Assembly: GCA_965153285.1 (NCBI GenBank)
Contig: OZ229116.1
Source: Podarcis tiliguerta
Taxonomy: Eukaryota
Length of the DNA: 64,000 nucleotides
Reading direction: 5' to 3' (one strand)
Part shown: positions 38,079-51,789 of the stretch, piece after piece
How positions within the stretch are numbered: position 1 is the stretch's first letter
Layout: the number at the start of each line of letters is the position of its first letter
Notes under the pieces: model-generated
What the model saw: only the letters and a program-made list of their open reading frames with translations
The model's database searches: none
Told to the model about the DNA's origin: nothing
Position numbers and translations under genes: made by a program

Positions 38079-38325
38079 TTGTTGTTGTTGTTGTTGTTGT
38101 TTAGTCGTTCAGTTGTGTCCGACTCTTCGTGACCCCATGGACCAGAGCACGCCAGGCACTCCTGTCTTCCACTGCCACCCGCAGTTTGGTCAGATTCATG
38201 TTTGTAGCTTTGAGAACACTGTCTAACCATCTCGTCCTCTGTCGTCCCTTTCTCCTTGTGCCCTCCATCTTTCCCAACACCAGGGTCTTTTCCAGTGAGT
38301 CTTCTCTTCTCATGAGGTGGCCAAA
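38079..38325 (-). mobile_element. BovB LINE 3' fragment
   Basis: FGHLMRREDSLEKTLVLGKMEG...HGVTKSRTQLN; (AAC)n tail; 14-bp TSD GTGATCTGGGGCAT. Confidence 0.92.
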
Positions 38326-40181
38326 GTGATCTGGGGCATGGCGATAGGTAAAATAGAGTAAAAGAAGTTTTCCTGCACATGCCTGTTCTGCAGGGGAGCA
38401 CACATGTACAGTCAAATTCAGAGGGCTGAGACATTTGCTCCCTAGCTGGAAGCAGACCCCAGCAGGATTGGATCTTCCAGAGGATTCTGTCCTGAAGGCA
38501 GCCGGGGTCTGCTCTGCCAGTGTCTTCCACACATGGAACTCACTGGGAAAACAGCACCCAGCCCTAGAACAGGAGGAGTTAAAGTCTTCAGATGGTGTTG
38601 AAATTCGACCCCTATCATTCTGAACCACTGGCCATGCCAGCTGTGGCTGAAGGAAATTGGGAGTCAAAGGACACCATGTTAGCTAATACTAAAAGGATTG
38701 TGAAAGGTGGGGACTTATGCTCCTCTAGATGTCGCTGAAGTACAATTCCAATCAGTCCCCGCCAAGATGGCCAATAGTCAAGAAGAATAGAAGATGTAGC
38801 CTAGAAGGCAACAAGTTCCCCATCCTTAGCGTAAATTTTGCAATAAAAAGTAAACCTGGGATAAGGTATTGGTCCCACAATACTGGTGTAAAATAAATTT
38901 ACCTAATGAATAAACAGAAGTCGTTTCCCCTTAATGAAGGGCTACTGATAAATCTATTTCAATAGGTGAAGATTCCACACAGTAAAAAAAAAGGATGGAA
39001 TACGTTAAATAGCAACAAAGCTGAAGAGGGAGATTTTTTTTTTAAATGTGCTAAGATTTTAGAGAATAATTTTAAGAAGAAAGAAACCCACACCCATTTT
39101 CACAAAGCACTTCAAGAGCTGTGGTAAAAATTTGTCATAGATAAAACCTTGTGAAGGACATCAGAGAACCCACAAGTATTTATGGAATGAACCACAAGCT
39201 GTATACAGAAGTTAACAAATGTCTCATTACAACAAGGATATGGTTACCTTAGTAACAGAAGCATAGCCTTCACATTATATTCAACTTAAAATTCCACCAT
39301 AATTAAAAGAAAGAAAATAATCTGTTTTAAATATTACTAGAGAATACTTTCCAAACAAACAAAACATTTGTTGAAACCAAATACAATGTAAATTATATTT
39401 ACTCACAAGCCATTAATAAAGAATGGTAACAGTAAGCTTTCTGAAGCTTTTCTGAATTATTTTACAGTAACACTGTTTACCACAACCAAGGATTTTATAT
39501 GTCAATGTTAAACATATATGGCAGCAAAGTATCCTTGAAATGACTGTTCAAAAACATATTTTTGAAATCAGCAGGAAGAGCCCAAGGGACAATGAAACGT
39601 TTTGTGGAAAGTCAACTATTTGCCCAACTGGAATTTGATTTAAATACAAATACAATCGCATGCTAACGGGCAACATCAGCAAAATGCACACTAGGGCATT
39701 TTACTGCTTTGGTTCAAAAAAGAATGCATGTCAGGCTCTCTAAAGCTTGATATACAGGAGAAAAGACCTGAAATCATATAATTTAATTACCAGTAGAAAA
39801 CTGTTCTTCCAAATCCTAAAGACCAGTTCTCAGATCCAAATCACAGAGTCTGGAAATTTTTTAGAAAACAGCTCTCCACATTTTCATAATTTATTAATAT
39901 CATGAAGCTACTTAGTTATGACAGTGCTCTGGTGTAATAATCTTCCCCAAAGAGGCGGTTTTAGGATAGCACAACTGGTTCAGCTGCCCTGGGTGCCGTG
40001 CTGCTGGGGGCGGGGGGCACAACAGTGCTGTAAAACAGAGCGTGAGAGGCAAGGGGCATCGGATTTTAGTGTTGCACAGGCCACTGCTGAAATTTGAGAG
40101 CCAATAGTTCACCACTATTCCCAAATATATTTTTCCGCCCTGATACCTATGGTTATGCACCTAAGAATAATCTCCCTAGAC

Positions 40182-40316
40182 CAGGCTTCCTCAACCTGGG
40201 CCCTCCAATGTTTTTGGCCTACAACTCCCATGATCCCTAGCTAGCAGGACCAGTGGTCAGGGATGATGGGAACTGTAGTCTCAAAACATCTGGAGGGTCA
40301 AGGCTGAGGAAGCCTG
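40182..40316. mobile_element. hAT-type palindromic MITE
   Basis: TIR CAGGCTTCCTCA / TGAGGAAGCCTG; 8-bp TSD CCCTAGAC/CCCTAGAT; inner arms CTACAACTCCCAT / ATGGGAACTGTAG. Confidence 0.85.
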
Positions 40317-41868
40317 CCCTAGATCATTATGAACCCTGACTTCGTTTTCTAGTGCTCTGTACAAATCTTTTTTCCTGTCAAGCATACAAAAACAGTATGA
40401 TGTTGTGAATATCAAGGTTCAGCAGCAAAACCATAGAGGCTGCAGAAAACTTGAGTAAATGATCTGACATGTTAAATATGGATTTAATTGTGATTAATAC
40501 TAACAGTGCTTGTGCACAAAGGAGACTCACATTATCTGCTAAATTGAACCAGGCACACTACTACCAGGCAGGATTTCCAACCTAGGTGAAGTTAAGGGGA
40601 GCCTCATCTTAGAGTACAGATTCTTCTACCAGCCATTAAAGATAAAGTAGCCTCCATGACCACCAGTCATGATGTAACAGGAGGTGAAAAGGGCAGCTCA
40701 ATGTACTTAAATGGTGACATGCCTGCTGCTTTTAGACAAGGTGAAATAAGTGCTTCGAAATTCAAGAAAGACAATATAGTGGGATATTCTTCCAACTTCC
40801 AACTTCATGTTTTCAGTCACCTTTCAAGTACGTTACGCTGAGAATTTGGTTCCCTACAAACTGCTTCCACATTCTAACAAACTTCAAGTATTCTTACAAA
40901 GGAAACGGCTTATTAATAGTTAAGGGTGAGCAGCTGGATGCACGCAGGTCAACACCTCAAAGGTTTCCATCTAGCCTCCACTATATCCTCTGATCCCAAC
41001 AATAACACCCCACGTATACCATGTTATACACCCTGACCACATTTTATCATATGGAGACACAGGGAAGGAGCTGTTTTAAACACCATCCTGCATGATACGT
41101 ACATTGGGCTGTTGTTGAACATTGTTAAGAATGTATTTGGGCCAAAACAGACTAGAATACATTCTGGAAATACAGAATGTATCTTTCTAGTCTTAAAACA
41201 GCAGTATCAGCTTCTATACTGCTTCTGAGCACAATTCGTTGTTTAATTAATTAACAGTCAAAACCCTGAATGGCTTGCCCCCAAAAGGATCCCTTTATTT
41301 CATATGAACTTCACAAAGATCTTCCTGAGAAGCTTTCCCCTGTTTTTGATGCCTTTGGAAGTAAGGCAGGTATGAATCAGGAATTGGGTCTTTTCTGCTG
41401 TGACACCCCAGCTCTGGGACTCTCCTCTGCCTGGTGCAGAGTCTGGCATGTTTTTGACACCTGAGCAAAGTCCTTTTTATTTGCACAGACCTCTTCGATT
41501 TGTGACTTGTTAGCTTTTATCCCCATCTTTATTTGGTAAATACTGCTGTTTTATGTTTGTTGTTTTGTTTTTAATTGTGCATTGTGTTTTTGCACCTTGT
41601 TGTAAACTATCCTGGAAGAATTTTGGGGCACCAAAGAGTAGTACAATAAATATTCAAGCAACTAAGAATAGGTTCATCTGCCTGTTTCAGACGAAAATAC
41701 ATTTAGTTCTTGTTTCTTGGCTTCTATGGAACAAAGTTCTGTGCAGCCCTTCAGCTTTTCATCTGATAGAAATATGTCCCAGTGAAAAAATGGAAGTCAA
41801 GTACAGCTGTAAGTGATTGCTGTATCAAAGTGAGAATGATAAACTGTGTTAACTGAGAGACAATAAAG

Positions 41869-42003
41869 CAGAGATGGAAATTTGTAGCCCTGTAGATGTT
41901 ACTGGACTCCAACTCCTATCACCCTCAGCCAGCATAGCCAATTGTCAGGAATAATGGGATCTATAGTCCAGCAATGTCTGAGGCGCAGGTTCCCCATCCC
42001 CTG
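41869..42003. mobile_element. Degenerate hAT-like palindromic MITE
   Basis: CTGGACTCCAACTCCTATC...ATGGGATCTATAGTCCAG, same family motif; boundaries approximate. Confidence 0.55.
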
Positions 42004-42345
42004 CCACAAATGCATGAAGCCATCTAGTCTTCTTTACAGAAAGGTTATAGAATTTCATACCACAATGCAGCACTATAATCATGTATTGAGGGCTGCTCCA
42101 CACATTACACACTGAAATTCACATGGAACTAGGTCTCTTAAAAATAAATTAAGCTTGAACTGATGAAGGAAGTTAGTCTATAATGCTTCCATCCCCAAAC
42201 TGCACAATGTACCTCTGAACAGTACACAATATAAAATACCCTACATAGTGTTTTGATTACAACAGTACTATCATAACCTCAGTTTCCAGAGAGGTCTCTT
42301 AAGATTTCACAAGATTCTTTGTACAACCTCACAGCTTTCACAGTA

Positions 42346-42587
42346 TAGTGGTACCTCGGGTTAAGTACTTAATTCGTTCCGGAAGTCCGTTCTTAACCTG
42401 AAACTGTTCTTGACCTGAAGGACCACTTTAGCTAACGGGGCCTCCCGCTGCCGCCATGCCATTGGCATGCAATTTCTGTTCTCATCCTGAGGTAAAGTTC
42501 TTAATCCGAGGTACTATTTCTGGGTTAGCGGAGTCTGTAACCTGAAGCATATGTTACCTGAAGCGTATGTAACTCGAGGTACCACTG
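42346..42587. mobile_element. Tc1/mariner MITE, same family as 1004-1229
   Basis: Same TIRs and internal sequence (TTAAGTACTTAATTCGTTCCGG, AACCTGAAG repeats). Confidence 0.88.
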
Positions 42588-44227
42588 TTTCAAAAGCCAT
42601 GCATCCCAAACACTTTTGCCAAACAGGACATTCACAGAATACAACCTCACATGGACACACATTTTGCCCTACCCTGGCACACCTTTCTCAAGCCCGTTAA
42701 GGTATATTGGGGGGATATGCACTTCTGGTACCCTGGGTGTTTATTCTTACTTTCTCATCTGTAAGCTTCCTAGAAAACCTTTCAATCCTATCACTACATC
42801 TAATCTTCGTTTTCCTAAAGAAGATGACACAATTTCTTTCTTGGTGTGCTTGCATGCTCAAGGAAAACATTCCTGATTTTTATGGGTCTATTTCCAAGTC
42901 AAACCCATGACACCACTTCATATATCACATTTTCCTGAATATGTGAAAATGGTATTCAGAGGCAAACCCACCTTTAAGTGCACTATGACAAAGTTTCTCC
43001 CCCCACCCCACCCCCTTGGATAGAAACTGGTAAGTTGCAAGGAGCCTGAACCAGTTGAGGAATTCCTATGCTTGACAAAGTAATATCTGTCATTTTTAAA
43101 GCCGTAAAACATTTTACTGCTGGGAAAGGATTTTGATGTTTGTAACATACTTCTATTGAAGTACAGTTCGAAAATGCCACATCTGAGAAACAGACCAACA
43201 GGAAGCATAAGACACTTGTTCATCTGTATTTCTGTGACTTTTCTCACTTGGTATTATTTGCAACTATACTTTCATGTTTCTCAGCAGTGCCAACTCTACT
43301 AAGAATCATATATTATTTTTATCATGTTGATTACATATGTTCTCCAGTTTTGCTGCCTACATATGATTAGTGTGGTTTGCAGAAAGTCAGTGACACAATC
43401 CAGAGCACGACATTCACACAAAGAATGTGTTTACTGTGAAACTTTGCCTTAGAAGTTTGCTTTCTTTCACAGCTTTGATCCACATGACATCAACAGTCCA
43501 GCATTTTGAATGTCTGCTAACCATTTAACATTATGAAAATCACTTTCACACTAGGCAGCTACTGAGAGAGAAGGTATTTGCAAAAAAAGAGAGATCCCTT
43601 TCCTGTCTGATTTTTTTTCCTTGCAGGGCTGGGGGAGCCCTTAAGATCATGATAACGTAACTGAAAATTAATTTATCGTTCATCAGTGCTTCACAGACTG
43701 TTGAAGTGTCTGAAAAAATATGAAAGCACGCACGATAATTCAGTAATCAATGTAAAAAAGGAAAATTTTATACAAAAAGATTTTCATCAGAATACATGTT
43801 TTACTGGATAACTTTTATTCCAGCCCTGTGATGATTTAAACTGTGTAATTAGCGAGGGGCTCAGGATCATGCCAGTTTACTTTGCCTGCCAGTTCTTTGT
43901 GTATTCAACTTTATTTTTGCATGTGAGCTTATATATGCAGAACCCAACATGCACTGCTCAAACTACATGAACACTATGTCTTGAATACAAAATCAAGAGT
44001 ACAGATTGTGTTGATAGAACTCGGCACACTGGGCTAGGCAAATACTATTCAATGTGCAATGTGCAGGCAAGGATAAAACAATGCAATCCCAGTCGTCAAC
44101 CATGAATGCCAGATCAATGATTTCATATCTTCTCTCTCAAGATAATATCTTGTTTTGATTTTTGAAAACATTTCTGGATTTTTCAAACATTTTTCTCATT
44201 CTAATTTGTCAAATAATAAACACTTAC

Positions 44228-44339
44228 TGGTAAATGTCTTTCCTCAGCACAGCTCTACTAAGAGGATTGTCAGCCTGAGGAGCCATCGACACAGAGCCAA
44301 TTTTAAGTACCAAAGTATCTTCCTTATTCGTCTTATTAT
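44228..44339 (-). CDS. VPS13B: VPS13B coding exon (exon 30 equivalent), 112 nt, phase 1/2
   Basis: (D)NKTNKEDTLVLKIGSVSMAPQADNPLSRAVLRKDIY(Q); acceptor attgcag|AT, donor CA|gtaagt. Confidence 0.95.
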
Positions 44340-44451
44340 CTGCAATTGAAGTAGGAAACAAACAACATTTGTGGAAACATACAGAGCCAGATGTATTAAT
44401 GAAGGTATTTCCAATGCAATGAGTGAGGTGACTTTTCAGTGGAGCAACCAT

Positions 44452-44483
<32 letters not shown>

Positions 44484-44600
44484 TATTATTAACTTCTGCA
44501 ATGAATAATAATAATAATAATAATATTTTTTATTTATATCCCGCCCTCCCCAGCCGAAGCTGGGCTCAGGGCGGCTAACAACAATAAAATAATACAACAT
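44452..44600 (-). repeat. (ATC)n and (AAT)n microsatellites adjoining an L2/SINE-like 3' tail
   Basis: (ATC) about 10 units at 44452-44483; (AAT)n at 44503-44525; followed by TTTATATCCCGCCCT...CAGGGCGGCT. Confidence 0.6.
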
Positions 44601-47416
44601 TCTAAAATCATTTCATTATAAAATTAATTCAAATCAAATTACTGGTAAACCAATTAATACCAAACAAAATAGACAGATATGACGGTCAGACAGGCAGGCA
44701 GATAGACAGATATAGTTCCCCTGCCCATCCCTAGGCCTGGTATTCATGCTATTTTGGCTGATGTAGCTTCCCTCATTCCTAACCCTATCAGGATAACATG
44801 AGAATATATTTAAATTGACTAGTATTGACTAGTGAAATGCCTGTAATTATTATAAGTGCAGTGTCCCTGGGGATATTATAGGGACAGAGAAATGTGTGTG
44901 TTTATGTATCTGTTTCTGACAGAGAGAGAAAAGGGCGAATGAATGCTTCTTCGTGCATCTTTGGTTTTGCGTACTGTATGTTTAAAGCATATGACTTCCC
45001 CAAAAGAATCATGGGAACTGTAGTGAAGGGTTCTGGGAACTGTAACTCTGTGGGGGGTAAACTACAGTTCCTATGATTAGGGGGGGGGGTGTTGTGCTTT
45101 AAATATATAGTGTGTATGCAGCCTTTGTGTGGGGCACCCATTTATATGAAAGGAAAGGAAAGAGATGGACTCAGGTACACTATGCTGGGGGGGGGGGCAG
45201 CTAAAACTGCTCCCTACACCTATCTCAGTGTCTGGAGTAAGAAACAGTATTTTTCTCCAATGGTGTCCTAATCTACAGTCTATATACTTTCCCCCCACAA
45301 AGCTTAATGGGCAACAAAGAAGTATTTCCCTATTGGAAAAGCTATGCCCTAAGTCCTGATTCTTGGACTGGCTGCTGAAAGAATGTTGGGTACTGAGATA
45401 TGAAAGCTTACTGATTACCTAGTAAGAGTTTAATTGTTTTTTAGTGCTCTTAACAGTTTTAGCTCCTATTAAATATTGTGCCTATGCCATCGTTGCAATT
45501 ACTTTTAACACAGCTACTAAAAAAATACAAGGTATACTGTGAATAAATAAAGAAATGAACATGTATTTCAGTACAGAGACCTGCACTCCTGTAACATTTC
45601 TTTTTGCCCATGAAGGATTTTATGACATTTTAGAAGCTGACGGTGACATCCGATATATATACATGCAGTTGGGCCTAGTGTTCTCCACAAGCCTATGCTT
45701 TGAGGATGTACGTAAGCTTTCAATCCCCTTTCCCCATCTGTGGCCACCCAGTGAGATATCCCAGACAACTTGTTTTGAAAGCTAAGCTTTCAGCTACAGA
45801 TGCTAAGAGCGTGGTGAGTGCTAAGTACTTTACTAAATAACACGTTGCTTGATGTGGAAAGAACAAGCAAACTTCACATGCAGCTCAGAAGACTCATGTG
45901 TATGTGTGTTGTGTATATAAAAGCTGGCTTCTGCAACACCACTGAGATGCGTCCAGGATGAATCAGGCAGTCATACTGAGGCTATGATTAACAATCTGGA
46001 CACACAGCTAATGAATAAACCAAGGCAGGGGTGTGGGTGTGTCAGGCAATGCTATCAAATACTTATGAAATACATCAAAAATAATTAAGGAACTGCACTG
46101 AAGATAAGTTATAATAAACTATTTGGGAAAATAGGGTTGGAAAGCCATGGTTATGTGGGAAGTTAAGTGGACAAAGCATTTGTATTTTAATCAGGCTAAA
46201 TAGATACTAATTTTTTCCCCAGTTACAAATACTTTGGTATATGTCTAAGCTAACCTCAAGAACATTTTTTCTTTTTAAACTACAGGACATTTATGCTATC
46301 AACTTTACATAACTTCTAAATCATCAAACTTAGCTTCTTAGTGGTGCTGATTTGACTCCTGGGGCTCCCTCTAATTCATCTGTAGACTTTTAAAGTAAGT
46401 CTGTTATATAAATGTAGCTCTAAGCATCATATGTCATGCATACTTTCACTTTTGATCAAAAAAAGTATCATTCAGCAACACCCAAATGAACTAACATTGC
46501 TAGAGCCCTTGTGAAGAAGAATGTGCAAAATGATAATCCTGTAGTATGTAGCCCAACAATAAGCAAACTGACTAATTTGAGCTTTGACAGTAGGGACACC
46601 AAGCAAATCTATATGAATTTTGAACATCACTTTATATCAATGAAGTGGACATCTGTCTATTTCTCTGCCTCCCATCACAAAATAGGCATTAGCACATTTG
46701 TCACATTTAACAAACGAGTCTGACATGATTTCCTTTTGGGGAAATTTCAAATGAAATTTCCATTTAGGATCTTTTGCTCTGTGTGAAGCCACTTTCAAGA
46801 TCACAGGAAACTACTCTAGATCAAAACACAATGAATTGATTTGTCCAAAAAGAATCAATTATTAATTACTTGGCAAAAAACAATTTTACCCACACAGAAG
46901 ACTAAGTAAATCCTTGGAAGAAGATGGAGAAAACAAGCTAGTCTTCTAGGTCCCTAACAGAAAAGGGGTTAGGGCTGGAAGAGCTCAATATATTCTCTGT
47001 AGGTAATAGAGCTTGCAAGGGGGAGACATCTTTGGCCTTCCATAAGACGAGGGGCGACAGATCCTATCTATTTCTGACCACTGGCTGTGCTGAAATTGGA
47101 GTCTAGCAATTTCTGGAGGGCCACAAGTTTCCTATTAGAATGCTTGTTTGCTGTCTTTCAACGTGTTCCATCAAGACAGGAAGTGAGAACGCAGGTGGCT
47201 GCCAGGTAAAAAAATGAGAAGTGGGCAGCACTCAAAATGGTATGGGATGCCTTCCTGTTACTTTTCAATGGACATAACTAAGCGAATTTGAAACGAAGCC
47301 ATCTCACTAGCTTTCTTCTCCCACTTCAATCTCTGACAACAAAAAACTCCCCGGAGCAATCAAGACAGAGCCCTGGGAAGGGGAGGGATAGTTGAGCACT
47401 CTAGAAAGCAATTGTA

Positions 47417-47657
47417 CAGTGGAACCTTGGTTGTCAAACATAATCTGTTCCGGAAGACCGTTCAACTTAAGAAACATTCGACAGCTGAGGCGCAAAGGGC
47501 TGTCAGCAATTTCAATGGTGAAAATTGAGAAACGCGCCTCGGAAGCCGTTCGACTTCCGAGGCGCGTTCGAAAACGGAAGCAATGACTTCTGGGTTTTCG
47601 GCATTCAGGTTCTGAAACGTTTGGCTTCTGAGATGCTCGAAAACTGAAGTTCCACTG
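47417..47657. mobile_element. Tc1/mariner-type MITE
   Basis: TA|CAGTGGAACCTT...AAGTTCCACTG|TA; internal hairpin AACGCGCCTCGGAAG/CTTCCGAGGCGCGTT. Confidence 0.82.
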
Positions 47658-48105
47658 TACATCCTTTAACAACTGCTTGCATCTTTATGCATGCCTGAAA
47701 CTCGTATGTTATGTAGATATAGACAGTGTATGAATCCACTTCAACCACTGATTTGACACAGTAGAGCTGAGCACTGAGCGAAAGGCCAAAAATATGCACA
47801 TATAACAAAAGCACAGTAGTCCTTTGCCACAAGTGTTTCCCTGGAAAGGTTAACTAGAAGAAACCTGGAGAGGTCACTGCAGAGGTAGCTACCCTGCGCT
47901 TACATGTATTCTATGACCGGAAAGGCAGGCAAAGCTTTTTTGGACTTCTAAAGGATTTTCTCTAAAATTTGCAAATCAGTAAGACTGGAGAACAAGCCAA
48001 TGAGGACCCTTCATATATATATATAGTGGAGACAGCATTTTCATGAACAACAGTATCCAAGAAAAATAAGTTTATTGTATTAATATAAGGTGGAGAATAT
48101 AGTAC

Positions 48106-48514
48106 CTTCAATATTGTGCTGCAATTCCTCCATTTTGGGGGAAAAGATTCTGATTACCCCAGTATTGATATAAATAAGCGGCAAGTTCCGAGATGTGAGA
48201 ATATGAGTCCTCATGGGTTGGCCTGGTGATTTTCTTTTTTCTTTTTGGCTTCTTGGCAGTTTTGCCTGAAATATACTTGCAATTGCATTGAGAAAAGGAA
48301 AACAGAGGACAACATCAAATGCCTGAGCCGAGAGAAGAATCTCATGAAGGAAATGAGGAGAACCATCAGTGAAACTTTCAGATAATTTATGCAAAGTTCT
48401 TCGCTCATTTCTTGAAATCAATTTGTGACGGACATTTTTTGTAACTGCCTTTGTGTAAGTCAGTGACAGAAATCCATGTTGCTGATGAGAACCATCCAAA
48501 AGTTTTGCAGTTGC
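48106..48514 (-). CDS. VPS13B: VPS13B coding exon (exon 29 equivalent), 409 nt, phase 0/1
   Basis: ATAKLLDGSHQQHGFLSLTYTKAVTKNVRHKL...SPKMEELQHNIE; acceptor gatacag|GCA, donor G|gtacta. Confidence 0.96.
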
Positions 48515-51055
48515 CTGTATCAGGAAACAGAAATTGTGAGAAATAAGTAATCCATTTGCACTGTGTAAAAATTATGAGAACTTTTGTCAAACAACCCTTT
48601 CATTTTTTATTTCTTTTCAGCTATACACTTCCCTGAACATCAGATGAAAAGGTTTCTGTGAATATGTAGTACATGTTAACTGCCATGGCTACTCTTAGAA
48701 CTGATTCAATTCTAAATCATACAATTGATATTTTAAAATGCATTTTTTTCAGATCAGGGAATGCGGACTTTGACATCTTTCTGTTCAGATGCAATGAACT
48801 ATAGCAAGCTTCAGGCTCACATGCCTCATTGACCTCATTTGTGTGCAAGAGCAGAATGAAAGTTTCCCCTTTTAGTTTTCAATATACAGCTGTTTTCTAT
48901 TACATCCAAACTCTGAAAACTATGGTTTAATCTTGATTTGCCAACAAGCCACAGTTAAAATAAACTGGACTTGGAAGTATGGAGGTATTCAAAACCAAGA
49001 ATCGAAGCTTTGATTTCCCCTTTGCACACAAAGAAGGAGGCAGAGCTCACTACAAGTCACTGTCATAGCATTTTGTCTGAACCAGACCTTCTGAATGAAG
49101 ATTTGACCTAATATCTATCTATTATGTTCCTACTAGTTTGAAAAGACAAATGTGAAAAATGCATCTATTTTGGTGCAAAACAGAGTAGTGCTAATCTTAC
49201 TGGAAATGGCAATGGTGGGAAGTTTGACTTTCTGTGCTTGCACACTGGACCCCAACACAGCCAAAATCCCGCCAAAGCCAACAGCAGAATAGTCAACGAA
49301 TTGACTCTATGAGGTCTAATCCAAATTTCTTCAGGAACCCCATTCATTTCATGAACAGTGGAATTTCCATTCATACAATGGAAATGAGAATGTGCAACCC
49401 TTTGTGTGAAATCAATGGGGAAATCCTTGTTTAAACAGGAGCTTTGCAAATACAATAATGTTCCTCTACGTTCAGTGAATTTGGACATATTCTTTTAATG
49501 TTCTACTAAGACACATGTATCTCAGCCCAATTTAGCTAATAGCACAAATGGCTCTTTATACATTTTCAAACAATGTCATTCAGATACACTTGATTATTTA
49601 GTTACATTTATGCAATTTTTTTTAAATGGTAAAGAATTAGTAAATTAGCTTCATTTGTGTTAGAATGAAGTTACTCGGATATAAGTAGCAACAGTAATTT
49701 TGCATGTACATGTTCTTGACAGAAAATAATCATGGAGAACAGAACTTCCACCAACTAATAATAATAATAATAATAATAACCTCCCTTGATGGGTTTCTTA
49801 ACTGATGCTGGGTCTGTTCATTCATTACTCTCCATGGGGGGGGGGATCTCAACTTAGTTAAAATCTCAGGCTCTTTCTCATCTCGAACCCTTGAAAAAGT
49901 AACAAGGGGACCAGACTGTACTGGGTTTATCTGAATGCAGTGTCTCCCTGGCCATTTGATCTGCTGAATGATAAGTACATTTTCAGTTAGGTGGTCAGGG
50001 AGACGCTGTAATCAAATAGTCAGATTTTTTTTTTCTGCCATGGGAGAGGAAGGTGTGATCACACACCACAGGTTGACACCAAGTTGAAATTTCTCACTGG
50101 AAAGTAACACGTGATTTACCCCCAATAAATGGAACATCTTAAGATTCACATCTTAAATATACAAATATAAAGAATGCATATGTGGATGTCTGAAATCTGG
50201 ACCCTTTGTAAAAATCTACATGGCATACGTAGATGCACTGGTCCGTTAGGGAAAAAACCCCTAAAGCCACAGTTAGTGTTTTTTTTCGGGGGGGGGGGAC
50301 ACAGGAGTACGCATACCCCTAAACATTTTGTGAATCTTTGTACTTTTGTCCATTTACTGTATTTATTTTTCCAGATTTGAACTATAAAATGGTGATTTTC
50401 TTGAGGCAAAATGAGAGTAAACATTTTATTATTATTATTTTTAAGGGGGAAAGCGCTGGCTACAGTAGAATAACCCATTTTTCCCAGACCAATTGTTGGT
50501 ATCCAAAGTCACAAAAATTTGGTAGTCTATGTATCTTTAAAGCTGAGAGTAGTTCTCTCCACCCACGTCACTTTTTTTGGCTGCTTAATCCACAGTGTCT
50601 GAAGAAGAGTTCTGGACAACTTTAAAGCCTCATCACTAGTTTGTGGCATTTTAGCTGGACCTAATAAAACCAATTATCTGCAGCTTTGAATTTTAGTAAT
50701 ATGTTTGCTTAAGCCATGCTCAGAGCAGAGCCACCAAAATCAATGGACTCAAATATTTCAGGAGTTATCCAGAACCTATGCATGATAGCGTAAAACATCA
50801 AAGTGACCTCTCCTTTAGGGTCACATTTGTAACATACAAAGATGCTCAAGTGAATATTCTTCCTTTGCTCTGCAGCCATCCTTTTTCCCAACTGTGTAGA
50901 TAAGACCACACTTGTTGCCAGAACATTACTGGGGGAGAGAGGCTATTTTAGAACAAAATAAAAACACCAGCTTTTGCATGAGTAGCTGTTCATCGTTCTA
51001 AACTACTGTTTGTTAATGGAAGTTCTGTAATATACATATTGCATTGATTTCTTAC

Positions 51056-51197
51056 AGAGGGAAAGAAGCCAGAGAAGTTACTGAAAGGGTCCTGCTTGCT
51101 GACGGGTCGAACCAACAATGTACGTCTGTTCAGCTTGTCAGTACAGGAAAGGAAGACACCTCCACATTTCCCCAGAGACCAAGAGTCTTCCCCAAAG
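51056..51197 (-). CDS. VPS13B: VPS13B alternative exon 28, 142 nt, phase 2/0
   Basis: (S)FGEDSWSLGKCGGVFLSCTDKLNRRTLLVRPVSKQDPFSNFSGFFPS; acceptor cctcaag|C, donor TCT|gtaaga. Confidence 0.92.
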
Positions 51198-51722
51198 CTT
51201 GAGGTGATGCAGGCAAAAAAGCAAAAAACAAATATAAAGCCATAAGGGGGGGAAATCATATCTTTCAAAACTAAGCTGAATTCGGCCAATATCCATTGCA
51301 GGCTTTCAAGTCCTTCACCTCAAAATTCACAATTCAATTTAATCAAAAGAAGGAAATCATAAACTTGAAACTTGCCACAGTCTAATTATTTGGCAGGAGA
51401 ATAAAAAATTATCAGGAATTAAAGTAGAGCAGGACTCTCCCTAGGTAATGACTAAGTGTAATTTGATTTGCAATTAATTATAAAAAGGGAACAGAAGCTT
51501 TATTAGAATGGAAGGAGATGGAGTGCAAGTACTAATGGACTTTTTAAAAGTTGGAAATTGTATTTTCTCCTTTGCCACAAGAACAAATTGACTTTTTAAA
51601 AGCTATTGGTGGTTTATACCATAATTCTTGCAGTCCTTCATCCTTCTGCATGAGAAAAAAAAATGTTTAGATTTTAGGATAGTTATTTGGTTAAATATCT
51701 TATTCTGCTACAAAAATCTCAC

Positions 51723-51789
51723 CACAAGTTTTTCCTTGCATTGTAGGAATATGCCTTCAAAAAGTCCAGACTGCCAACCTTCTCCTGGT
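51723..51789 (-). CDS. VPS13B: VPS13B alternative exon 28b, 67 nt, phase 2/0
   Basis: (R)PGEGWQSGLFEGIFLQCKEKLV, close to human exon 28b RPGEGWQSGHFEGVFLQCKEKSV; acceptor ttttccag|A, donor GTG|gtgaga. Confidence 0.92.
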
